A stretch of 33,390 bases of DNA from a candidate division WOR-3 bacterium (GTDB lineage: Bacteria > Hydrothermota > Tepidihabitantia > SM23-42 > JAOAFX01), in the NCBI GenBank assembly GCA_039802265.1, contig JBDRWI010000022.1:1-33390 (forward strand). The letters are read 5' to 3'. A program made the translations under genes and the position numbers. Positions 11,449 through 20,372 of this stretch are shown here, piece after piece. Position 1 is the first letter of the stretch. Each line of letters starts with the position of its first letter. The notes beneath the pieces were generated by a model that searched no databases, was not told the DNA's origin, and saw only the letters and a list, made by a program, of their open reading frames with translations.

Positions 11449-14376
11449 ATGAACAGTTTTGTTCTGCTGAGCAAGCTTCAATTACCACAGATAAATCAAA
11501 GGGTCTTATACCGCGGTCGTTTGATTGAGTTGCTTAAATCGAATTTAGACAAACAATTAATTCTAATCATTGCTGGACCGGGTTACGGTAAGACCACGCT
11601 CCTTGTTCAATTTGTTCATGATACCGGTATTAATTATGTATACTATCATTTAGAAAAAGAAGATTCTGACCCAGCAATATTTATACCTCACCTGATTACC
11701 GGGGTCAGACAAATTTATCCAGAATTTGGCGAAAAAACTATGGCATTGAGTAATTATTTCAGCAGGATTGATAAATTTTCATATATTACGCTCGGAACGC
11801 TTACCAATGAATTCGTTGAACATCTGACCAGGGATTTATACATTATACTTGAAGATTACCATGCGCTCAAGCCGCCGTCCCAGATTGATTTTATCTTAAA
11901 TTATCTCTTTCTACACGCCCCCCAAAAATTGCACTTTATAATTACATCAAGGGGTGATATATCAATTACAACTTCTGTACTTAAGGCAAGGGATGTAGTA
12001 TTTGAGATGAGAGCCGATTCTTTTCGTTTTACAAAGGATGAAATCAAGGCGCTTGTCACAACTTTGTTTTCTTTGAAATTAAAGGAAGATGAAATTGAAT
12101 GGTTAAACATCCATTCCGAAGGCTGGCCTGCAGGTCTTAGATTGATACTTCAATCACTCCAGCTGACCAGGGAGATTGAGCCTTCATCTTTTATTACAAA
12201 ATTGCAGGCTGACTATCCCCGTATCTCGGCAAATATCTTTGATTATTTCGCCCAGGAGGTTTTCCAATACGAACCAAAACAAATCCAGGAATTTTTAATT
12301 GATTGTTCTTCTGCCGAGTATTTAAATCCCAATATTTGCACGATAATTACCGGGATGGAAAACAGCAAAGAAATCCTTGCTGATTTAGCCAGGCGTAACA
12401 TATTTGTTTACTCCTTGCCCGATGGCAATTATCGGCTTCACTACCTTTTTAGAAAATTTTTAGCAAACAAGGTTTCAGACCAAAAGAAAAGGAAGGAGCT
12501 CTACCAGCGCATTGGTGACTACTGGTTAGGGATAAATAAAGACGAAGCGATTAAATATTACATTCAGGCAGAGGATTTCAGAAAGGCGGGGGAGGTTTTA
12601 CAAGAGTATGGAAAGATAATGCTTGCCCAGGGCAGGGGTAGCGCCCTTTCTTCACTCATTGAAGAACTCCCCGAGTCAATTTACATTAAAAATCCGATGC
12701 TACTTAAATTGTATGGCCAATCTTTGAGTTATCTTGGTAATTATACAAAGGCAAAAGAATATCTTCTAAAGGCGCTAAAAAAGAGCCGGGACCGGGGTTT
12801 TAAAGCAGATACCGAATATACCATCGCTGGTGTCAATCTAAATGAAGGCGATTATAAAAGTGCCCGAAGGAGATTATTCAAAACCTTGAAACTATGCCCT
12901 CAGAAACAATGCCTTATAAAGGCATCTGCTCTCAATTCCTTGGGTGCCATATTTAATAGTTTAGGTGGCAGATATCTCTCCCTTGCCCAAAGGTTTTTCA
13001 AAAGGGCAATGCGGATTGCCGAAAAAAGAAACCTGAATGAACTGAAGGCAAGCATCCTCAACAACTGGGCAATGAACCTATGGAAACAGGGTGACTTAGA
13101 AGGGGCATACTCAAGACTATCAATTTCAATAAAATTATTAAAGGAACACTTCACCCCGGGCTGTGGTGCAGGATTTTATAATGCGGCAAGGGCAGCACTA
13201 TTACTCGGTTATGTAAATCAGGCAGAAGAGATACTAAAGTCAGGGTTTGAAATCTGTGAGAGATTCAATGATCCCTGGTCTTTAACAAGTATCTGGCGGG
13301 GATATGGACTCCTTTCTCTGGAGCGTGAAGAATTAGACAGGGCAAAGGAATATATTATTAAATCACTTGAATTATCAGAAAGATTGAATGTGCCTTGGCT
13401 TATTATTGTTGCCCTGATTGAACTTTGTAATATTGAGATTTCAATGGGAAATTATCTGGAGACAGAAAGATGCCTTGAGCGGATAGCTAAGATAAAAAAA
13501 TTGAAAGACGATACCGAATCAATACCGATTTTACTTGCCCGGGGTAGATTATTAGTATCCCAGAAAAAATATGAGGAGGCAATAAACAATTTTCTCAAGG
13601 CAATTGAATATGCCCAAAAATTTCATCAAATCTTTGAATTGTTTCTGGCAAAGATTGAACTGGCAATTGCCCTTTTTAGACGCAATGAATTGAACAATCT
13701 TAAAAAGTCCTTAAAATCCCTGATAAAGATGAGCAAGAAGTATGGCTATGGTTATGCATTGATAAAAAAATTTTCAACCGAGCCGCAGTTGTTGAGATAT
13801 TTATTAAAGGAGGGGATTGAGAGCAATTACATACACTCAATTTTGCGGAAATATCGTCAGAATATTCATATCCTTGAGGCACACTTCTTTGGTACTTCTG
13901 AATTATATGTTGATGGCATAAAGGTTAAGGATGAAGATTGGAGGTTGCAAAAGGCAAAGAAACTTTTCTTTTATATCTTATTAAATCAAAAGACAAAACT
14001 GAACCGGGATACCTTGATCGAAAGATTCTGGCCCAACTCAGGCTTAAAACAGGGCTATGATAGTCTGCGCAAGGCGGTCCATTATATCAGACTAACGCTC
14101 AGTAAATATAATATAGATGAGCCGATCCTGGTGCAGGGTGGTTATTACCAGCTTTCGGAAAAACTCAATGTCTTCACCGACATTGAAGAATTTAATGAGA
14201 TTGTGAATAAAATTAAAAGTGCCGAAACCAGTATCCATATAGAATTACCGAAACTCTTGAAGCTCTACAAGAGCGGGTTCGCCCCTCAGTGGTATGACGA
14301 TTGGGCACTGGAAATGGCGCGCAAATATGAATATGTGATAAAAGAAATGAAGGAAAGACTCAAGGCTAAAGTATAA
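11449..14376 (+). CDS. MalT-like STAND ATPase / TPR / SARP-type (wHTH plus short BTAD) transcriptional regulator
   Basis: N-terminal SKLQLP..R.RL, Walker A AGPGYGKTT, Walker B IILEDYH, SEGWPAGL; central TPRs; C-terminal FFG..ELYVDG...W...KAKKLFFY...LIERFWP...LYKSGF...DDW. Confidence 0.85.
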   Translation: MNSFVLLSKLQLPQINQRVLYRGRLIELLKSNLDKQLILIIAGPGYGKTTLLVQFVHDTGINYVYYHLEKEDSDPAIFIPHLITGVRQIYPEFGEKTMALSNYFSRIDKFSYITLGTLTNEFVEHLTRDLYIILEDYHALKPPSQIDFILNYLFLHAPQKLHFIITSRGDISITTSVLKARDVVFEMRADSFRFTKDEIKALVTTLFSLKLKEDEIEWLNIHSEGWPAGLRLILQSLQLTREIEPSSFITKLQADYPRISANIFDYFAQEVFQYEPKQIQEFLIDCSSAEYLNPNICTIITGMENSKEILADLARRNIFVYSLPDGNYRLHYLFRKFLANKVSDQKKRKELYQRIGDYWLGINKDEAIKYYIQAEDFRKAGEVLQEYGKIMLAQGRGSALSSLIEELPESIYIKNPMLLKLYGQSLSYLGNYTKAKEYLLKALKKSRDRGFKADTEYTIAGVNLNEGDYKSARRRLFKTLKLCPQKQCLIKASALNSLGAIFNSLGGRYLSLAQRFFKRAMRIAEKRNLNELKASILNNWAMNLWKQGDLEGAYSRLSISIKLLKEHFTPGCGAGFYNAARAALLLGYVNQAEEILKSGFEICERFNDPWSLTSIWRGYGLLSLEREELDRAKEYIIKSLELSERLNVPWLIIVALIELCNIEISMGNYLETERCLERIAKIKKLKDDTESIPILLARGRLLVSQKKYEEAINNFLKAIEYAQKFHQIFELFLAKIELAIALFRRNELNNLKKSLKSLIKMSKKYGYGYALIKKFSTEPQLLRYLLKEGIESNYIHSILRKYRQNIHILEAHFFGTSELYVDGIKVKDEDWRLQKAKKLFFYILLNQKTKLNRDTLIERFWPNSGLKQGYDSLRKAVHYIRLTLSKYNIDEPILVQGGYYQLSEKLNVFTDIEEFNEIVNKIKSAETSIHIELPKLLKLYKSGFAPQWYDDWALEMARKYEYVIKEMKERLKAKV

Positions 14377-14412
14377 AAATTTCACAAAAATTTCACAGAG
14401 ATAGATTATAAT
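14376..14412 (+). promoter_or_regulatory. Activator-type promoter: 11-bp direct repeat in place of -35, plus TATAAT
   Basis: AAAATTTCACA x2 (14376-14386, 14387-14397); TATAAT at 14407-14412; no TTGAC at the normal distance. Confidence 0.6.
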
Positions 14413-14428
14413 ATTCTTAGGAAATATT

Positions 14429-15958
14429 ATGCTATTAGTCATCCTTTGCCTTTTTAACCTTTATTCCCATAACCCATCATTTAATGTCCGTCTCTGGGAT
14501 ACAAAGGTGCATAACATAAATGGGATAGAGTTCTGGATAACAAACTATGGCAAATTGGGTCCCTGCTATTGTCCACCCGGAAGCGGTTTCAATTATATGT
14601 GGGGTTCTGGCATCTGGGTTGGTGCAATAGACTCAGTAATTGGGGATACCCTTGTCACCATTGGCTATGGTCCATCTGGTGGCGAGAGTGAATTTGCCCC
14701 GGGATTATATCTCCAGGACCCTTCAGCACCCTATGTAATAATTTATATGTATCCCCAGCCCTGGCCCGCACCACCTGAGACATTTCCTATGGCACCGCAA
14801 GAACCAGTTTCTGACCAGGACTCCTGGTGCTGCTACAATGACTGTGATTCAATCTATCACACCCCCAATGATACAAAACCGATAGGGATTGAGGTCTATC
14901 AGACAGTCTATGTCTGGGCTGATTCCCTGCCTTGGGATATGATATTTTTAACCTTTGAGATAAAGAATGTCATGCATAAACCGATTAAAGACCTTTATAT
15001 TGGCTACTGTGCAGATATTGATATTGGAAATGAGACAGCACCGTATCTGAATGATATCTGTAGTGCAATTGTGGGACAATGGTATGTAATAAATGGTGAA
15101 TCAATCTGGGTTGATAACCTTGCATATCAGTGGGAAACTGAACCTGAACCAGGATGGGATGAATCCCGTTGCGTAATTGGTATTGATTTGCTTCAGACAC
15201 CCTTTGATTTACAATGGGGGCAGGATAAGGATAATGATGGAATTCCTGACCAGTATGAACGGGATAGTGCCTATTATGTAAATAACCTTCCACCGGATAT
15301 GTGGGATGTTGACAATGATGGCGTTCCTGACTGGCGCGATGCCTCAGAAAATCCCCAAATGGGGATGACCGCATTCAAGAGATTTACACTTGCCATTGAA
15401 CCCAATAAAGATAATGAGCGCTATTTAACGCTTGCTGGTTATAACTTCCAGACCGGGCAGTATGAGCCCTATGATACAATACCATCTCAACCCGATGACC
15501 AGAGATTCTTGATGGCAAGCGGGCCATTTGAACTTATGCCGGATTCAAGCGTTATAATTGTGCTCGGGATAATGATTACCTGTTGGGATACCCTTGATGC
15601 CCGGCCTGATACCGCCATCGTCCTTGCTGACCGCTGGGCACAACTTTACTATAATCTAAACTGGTCTTTAGGTATTTCTGAAAACAGAACTACCCGGCAA
15701 TCGTTTTTTGATTTTTCAATAAGACCCACTATTTTGCAAAATCACACCAAGGCCTTCTTCAGCCTGAGACAGCCCGGAAATGTCACGCTGAAGATCTATG
15801 ACCCTTTGGGTAGATGTGTGAAGGAGGTTTATAGCGGCTATTGCCCGGCCGGTAAAAGATATATAGATATTGACCTCCAGGACCTTGCTTCCGGGATGTA
15901 CCTCTTATCACTTGAGAAGAATAAAAAGCAGATTATCAAGAAATTCATAAAACTATGA
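14429..15958 (+). CDS. Secreted protein with T9SS-type C-terminal domain and Ca-binding DxDxDG loops; function unknown
   Basis: Signal peptide; DKDNDGIPD and DVDNDGVPD; GISE linker; LKIYDPLGR...LASGMYLL...KKFIKL. Confidence 0.8.
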   Translation: MLLVILCLFNLYSHNPSFNVRLWDTKVHNINGIEFWITNYGKLGPCYCPPGSGFNYMWGSGIWVGAIDSVIGDTLVTIGYGPSGGESEFAPGLYLQDPSAPYVIIYMYPQPWPAPPETFPMAPQEPVSDQDSWCCYNDCDSIYHTPNDTKPIGIEVYQTVYVWADSLPWDMIFLTFEIKNVMHKPIKDLYIGYCADIDIGNETAPYLNDICSAIVGQWYVINGESIWVDNLAYQWETEPEPGWDESRCVIGIDLLQTPFDLQWGQDKDNDGIPDQYERDSAYYVNNLPPDMWDVDNDGVPDWRDASENPQMGMTAFKRFTLAIEPNKDNERYLTLAGYNFQTGQYEPYDTIPSQPDDQRFLMASGPFELMPDSSVIIVLGIMITCWDTLDARPDTAIVLADRWAQLYYNLNWSLGISENRTTRQSFFDFSIRPTILQNHTKAFFSLRQPGNVTLKIYDPLGRCVKEVYSGYCPAGKRYIDIDLQDLASGMYLLSLEKNKKQIIKKFIKL

Positions 15959-16055
15959 GCCAACACTTCTTTGCATTTTTGAACTGAACCCATCAGTCAA
16001 GGAATTTCAGTGAAAAAGGATGATAGAGATGGGTGAAAATGCTACACATCAATTT

Positions 16056-16088
16056 ATTGTATAGGAATTTGGAAAATTCCTATACAAT
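16056..16088. repeat. Perfect 15-bp inverted repeat; possible bidirectional terminator
   Basis: ATTGTATAGGAATTT-GGA-AAATTCCTATACAAT between convergent genes. Confidence 0.75.
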
Positions 16089-16123
16089 GGTAATGAAATT
16101 TTTCATTATAGTTAAAAAAACCA

Positions 16124-16224
16124 CAAGATATTCAGGGGAGGGTGAGATGAAAATGGTCTTTGCACATAGAGAGGGTTTGCTATATAGCGGGGGTTTTCAG
16201 GGGGTATCCCCCCTGAATATCTTG
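16124..16224. mobile_element. Candidate 101-bp MITE-like element
   Basis: Perfect 15-bp terminal inverted repeats CAAGATATTCAGGGG / CCCCTGAATATCTTG; internal hairpin TTCAGGGGG-TATC-CCCCCTGAA; no clear target-site duplication. Confidence 0.5.
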
Positions 16225-16299
16225 ATGATTCATCTTTATTTTAGGAAAAACTTACCTTTTACTTTTAGCCGTGATAAGGAATTGGGTTGGACAGGTCTT

Positions 16300-16896
16300 T
16301 TAGTAAAACTTATAATATAAACCAATTCTCTGGGGGCTGACCTCCACTCCCAGATTGGTCTCATGTTTGAAGACGGCAACATTTATCACTGAGACAATAC
16401 GGTTGATAATCATAAATCCGGTCATAAATGTTGCCCGCCGAAAGTTCTCCCGGGCGGATTTTCTCTTCTCCCAGTAAAATATTTGATTTACAACTGTATC
16501 CCATTGCCACTGGTCTTCACCGAAATAACCGTGTTCAGAGATATATTCCTGTTGCGCCTGCGGGTCGTCGGGATAATAGAGACTGGCATCTCGCTCAACA
16601 ATTAAGTTATATTCTTCAGAAGAAATATAATCTTCAAGATGGTCAAAGTATTCTGCATCCCTCCGGGCGGGATTTGCCCCGGCGTGTTCAACCGCGAATG
16701 CCCTTGACGCATGTTCCAGGTTCTTACCCGCCCAGTTGAATGTGTAGTATGAAAACCATAATGAACCTTCAATAATAAAAAATGTCCTTGCCTCATTCTT
16801 TCTCTCTAATATCAACTCGCCCCAGCCGGGCATAATCGCCGAGGCAAGGATGGGATTCATACCCTGAAATAGAATCAAAGTCAGGCCTAAAAGCAC
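16300..16896 (-). CDS. Hypothetical membrane/exported protein (DUF5683-like SAIMPGWGE motif)
   Basis: 198-aa ORF with strong SD AAGGAGG and GTG start; hydrophobic N-terminus; C-terminal aromatic residue. Confidence 0.75.
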   Translation of the reverse strand: MLLGLTLILFQGMNPILASAIMPGWGELILERKNEARTFFIIEGSLWFSYYTFNWAGKNLEHASRAFAVEHAGANPARRDAEYFDHLEDYISSEEYNLIVERDASLYYPDDPQAQQEYISEHGYFGEDQWQWDTVVNQIFYWEKRKSARENFRRATFMTGFMIINRIVSVINVAVFKHETNLGVEVSPQRIGLYYKFY

Positions 16897-16914
16897 AATA
16901 CCTCCTTGGTTACA

Positions 16915-17149
16915 TCAAAAAAGGAGAAGAGGGCTTAAGAAGTGAAAGATGGCAAAAATGGCAATCAATAACACCAGTAAGAAAGAAATTGGCCATCGGT
17001 TTCGGTTTAGAAATGCGATAGGGTTTAGTTATTGGACTTAGTAAACAACAAACGACAACCAATAGACCGATCTCGTTTCCAAACCAAAACCTAAACCGTT
17101 TATCATATCTTGCCATCTTGAGCCCTATTTAGCCTTCTATCCCTTTTTG
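16915..17149. repeat. Long nested imperfect inverted repeat filling the intergenic region
   Basis: Arm pairs GGTTTCGGTTTAGAAATGCGAT / ATCTCGTTTCCAAACCAAAACC, AAGATGGCAA / TTGCCATCTT, GGGCTTAAGA / TCTTGAGCCC, CAAAAAAGG / CCCTTTTTG. Confidence 0.65.
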
Positions 17150-17161
17150 CTTTATCATTAT

Positions 17162-20100
17162 TTACTTAAGCACTGCAAACTTCTTGAACTTCACTTCTCT
17201 TTTTTTATTATTCTTCGCCTCAATGCGCAGGATATAGATACCATTTGCCTGATTGGTGAAGTCAAAATATCCTTCGTTATATTCATTGGGAGTAACCTTA
17301 TCAATCTTCATCCCGCCAACGCGGTGTCCGGCAAGGTCCAGGATGTCAATCTTCACAGTTGCATCCTGGGCAAGGAAGAAACGGACCGTGCCATATTTCT
17401 CAACCGGTGAAGGGTAGATATAGAACGAACCAATCAATGTCCCTGAAATCCGGGGTTGAATATAACCCCCTTCATACCTTCCCCAGTTTTTGTTTGAATT
17501 CATATAGCCACACCAGGAGGCGGTCTTCCCTGGAAAATCCCAGATATAAATCATACCTGAATCACTACCGCAGGAAAGTTCTAAATCACCATCACCATCA
17601 ATATCTTTAACAAATCCCGGAGAGGAGAACCCACCCTCACCAAATAATGGTGAAAATGCAAATTCATGGTTTCGGTTGTAGATGAGTTTCAAACTCCCAA
17701 AACTCAGGGAGTCCGGTGCCGCCAGGCCAAAAATTAACTCTTCATTTGCTATGGTATCAAGATTGGCAATCAAAAGGGGATATAATATATACTCCTCAGT
17801 ATTGAGGGGGAAATTATTCTCAATCGTTCCATTGCGGTTGAAGACATACAATGTCCTGCTACTATTGGGTGAGATTATCTCAAGGAAGCCATCTTGGTCA
17901 ATATCGGCCAGTGCCGGTGTATAATAAAACACTGTATCAATCCAGGTCTCAAACTTCTGTTCTAAGGAGTCTTCACCATAGATATAGAATGTGCCATAAC
18001 CATTAACAATTGCAGCCTCGGGTTTACCATCCCGGTCTAAATCACCAACAACCGGCGATGAATAGGTAAGCATATTATGCCGGGAGTTGGTGAATTCCTT
18101 AATTATTCCATCTTTATTTACCAGCCAGAATCTGCCATCAGCACCCAGGACACCAATTTTTTTATTCAATTCATCAAATACGCAGGGTGTAGAATAGAGC
18201 CAGGAATTGAGATAGATCGGGAAATTGGGGATATTTGAACCAGTGTTATTTAAACAGTATAACCTTCGGTCTTCCGAGCCAAAGATAATCTCCAGTTTAG
18301 CGTCGCCATTTATGTCAAATAATAAAGGGGCGCCAAGGATTATACCTTCGGCACGGAAAGGGAAATATGCCAATGGGGTAAGTGTCCGTCCATCAATTGC
18401 CCTTAAATAGAATCCCGAGCCGAAGACAATATCTTCTCCATTATCACCATTTACATCACCGATTGCCAGGAAGGTGGTAATTGTATCAACCACCGTTGAA
18501 CCGTAGAGTGTGCCATCGTGATTATAGACATAAATATTTCCATAACGGGTTGTGGCAACTACTTCAATATCCCCGTTTCCATCAAGGTCACCATAACTTA
18601 AAGAATAGATCGGTCTTCTCCAGGGTAAAGAGACCGGAAATCCCTTTTGATAGATATCAAAATTTACTGAGATATTCATCAGGGTATCAAGTTTTGATAG
18701 GACTTCAATGTTAATCAGCGATTTTCCAAAATAACTGTCAGAATTGGGATTGGTGAACGGTCCAAAGTGATGATTGGATTTACCAGAATCATCAATAAAG
18801 AAAAAATCATATTTACAGCCGAAATATTCAGGGTCCGGTTCATTGTAGTATCCAACATTCCACCAGGCATCAAAGTGCTGAATTCCGTCCGCCTCCTCTA
18901 CATCAATTCCCTTATGTTTTGGGTCAATCTGGATTGTATTATAGGGATAGTTGGCATATATCACATTATCATCAATATGCCAGATTAAAATTCCACTACC
19001 GGGTAAAAAGAAGTCATATTCACCATAATCAACATAGACCGGGACCCCATCTTCAACATCAACGATGATTGTATCTTTATTTTTTATATCCTGCTGGCGG
19101 TTTTCAATTAGAAAAAATTCGGTGGAAGAAATTGGAATCTTTATCAATGTCTGATTTGCCAAACCTGACTGGGTAGTATCAACTGCAGACGCACGCAGGG
19201 TCAAGAGACTCTCGGGCTCGGCTACTACAACTGGTTCAACCCAAACCGGGTCATTGGTGTAATGACCGAAGAAATATCTTGTCCAGGCACCCATATTCGC
19301 CGGGATTGAACCTTCCGGAACCCCGACCTCGGGCATCCCAACCCAGCCGCCGGTGCCCATTAAATCATAGGCGCCCACACCGCAGGAATTCCCGGTAACA
19401 TCGTATAGGTCGGGCAGACCGAGGATATGACCGAACTCGTGAACGGTTGTTCCCACAGCACCCACCATATACCAGTCCACCCTTGCCATCTCTGATAGGC
19501 AGGAAATTGGACACTGGATTGTGTCCGTGCCATTATTGGCGATTATATAGGGAACACCCAGATAGTATTCAAGTGCCCCGGGTGGAATTGTTGCGGAAGG
19601 AATATCATAGACCCGCCAAAAGTTAGCACCTGTCTGGAGCATGCTGCCGGCGTGGAAAACAATTATTGCATCGTAATCCGAGAAATCAATGGTCTCATCC
19701 AGGTCTGCGGCGGCGATTGCATCCGCAACAATCCTTACCATCCCCATCTCCATCGCATAGGTGTTAAAGAGAGCCACGGTGATTCCACCGATAACCTCAA
19801 AGTGGTCAAAACCGCTGTAGTATGACATCTTATGGGGAAGTTGATAAGAATCGGTTGGCCGGTCGGGCTTTACTACGAAATTTATATTACAATGACCAAA
19901 GGAGTTAGCCTTATAATAGTTGTGCAGAAACTCCATCTGGTGCTCAAAGTAATTCTTGGTGTGGGGTGGGTCGTAGAAGAGACCATCAGAAGGCGAACCG
20001 AGGCCGATCAGGTCCATCTTGCCGTTGCCGGTGGAAAGCGTATCATCATCCAGGACAAATTCTGCCCTTAAGACCAGGATATTCAAATTCTGTAGTCTTG

Positions 20101-20317
20101 ATTTCTTTTTTAATTTCGGAATGCCAAATTCCTTAAAAAAATGTACATTTCTAAATTGCCTTGGTGAGTATATTTCAGCCCCTTTGGAGTTGATAAGTTT
20201 AATCCTTAGATTTGATTCTGGTAGCGCGGGTATCGGATAATGCCTGTCTTTCGTAATTACCAATCTTTCGGCATTACCGATGGCAAAGAAAAATAAGATT
20301 AGTAGCGACAGCCGCAA
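17162..20317 (-). CDS. M6 (immune inhibitor A-like) metalloprotease with FG-GAP repeats and T9SS-type C-terminal domain
   Basis: HEFGHILGLPDLYD, YDLMGTG, FFLIENRQ, GILIWHID; repeated GDLDGNGD.E motifs; C-terminal NGIYILRI...KKFAVLK. TTG start at 20317 follows AAGGAGG and gives a signal peptide. Confidence 0.9.
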   Translation of the reverse strand: MRLSLLILFFFAIGNAERLVITKDRHYPIPALPESNLRIKLINSKGAEIYSPRQFRNVHFFKEFGIPKLKKKSRLQNLNILVLRAEFVLDDDTLSTGNGKMDLIGLGSPSDGLFYDPPHTKNYFEHQMEFLHNYYKANSFGHCNINFVVKPDRPTDSYQLPHKMSYYSGFDHFEVIGGITVALFNTYAMEMGMVRIVADAIAAADLDETIDFSDYDAIIVFHAGSMLQTGANFWRVYDIPSATIPPGALEYYLGVPYIIANNGTDTIQCPISCLSEMARVDWYMVGAVGTTVHEFGHILGLPDLYDVTGNSCGVGAYDLMGTGGWVGMPEVGVPEGSIPANMGAWTRYFFGHYTNDPVWVEPVVVAEPESLLTLRASAVDTTQSGLANQTLIKIPISSTEFFLIENRQQDIKNKDTIIVDVEDGVPVYVDYGEYDFFLPGSGILIWHIDDNVIYANYPYNTIQIDPKHKGIDVEEADGIQHFDAWWNVGYYNEPDPEYFGCKYDFFFIDDSGKSNHHFGPFTNPNSDSYFGKSLINIEVLSKLDTLMNISVNFDIYQKGFPVSLPWRRPIYSLSYGDLDGNGDIEVVATTRYGNIYVYNHDGTLYGSTVVDTITTFLAIGDVNGDNGEDIVFGSGFYLRAIDGRTLTPLAYFPFRAEGIILGAPLLFDINGDAKLEIIFGSEDRRLYCLNNTGSNIPNFPIYLNSWLYSTPCVFDELNKKIGVLGADGRFWLVNKDGIIKEFTNSRHNMLTYSSPVVGDLDRDGKPEAAIVNGYGTFYIYGEDSLEQKFETWIDTVFYYTPALADIDQDGFLEIISPNSSRTLYVFNRNGTIENNFPLNTEEYILYPLLIANLDTIANEELIFGLAAPDSLSFGSLKLIYNRNHEFAFSPLFGEGGFSSPGFVKDIDGDGDLELSCGSDSGMIYIWDFPGKTASWCGYMNSNKNWGRYEGGYIQPRISGTLIGSFYIYPSPVEKYGTVRFFLAQDATVKIDILDLAGHRVGGMKIDKVTPNEYNEGYFDFTNQANGIYILRIEAKNNKKREVKFKKFAVLK

Positions 20318-20342
20318 ATTGGCCTCCTTCATAAATTTCTTT

Positions 20343-20370
20343 ATTATACCCAAACCTGCAGGGAAGTCAA
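20343..20370 (-). promoter_or_regulatory. Promoter of the M6 protease gene
   Basis: TTGACT (20370-20365)-N16-TATAAT (20348-20343). Confidence 0.8.
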
Positions 20371-20372
20371 CA

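Noticed and set aside
11449..14376. STAND protein as an Avs-type antiphage NLR
   Set aside because: No N-terminal nuclease or other effector; the MalT-like N-terminus and C-terminal DNA-binding domain fit a transcription activator.
16033..17116. ORFs 16033-16320 and 16910-17116
   Set aside because: They run through palindromic non-coding elements and show no convincing RBS or recognisable motif.
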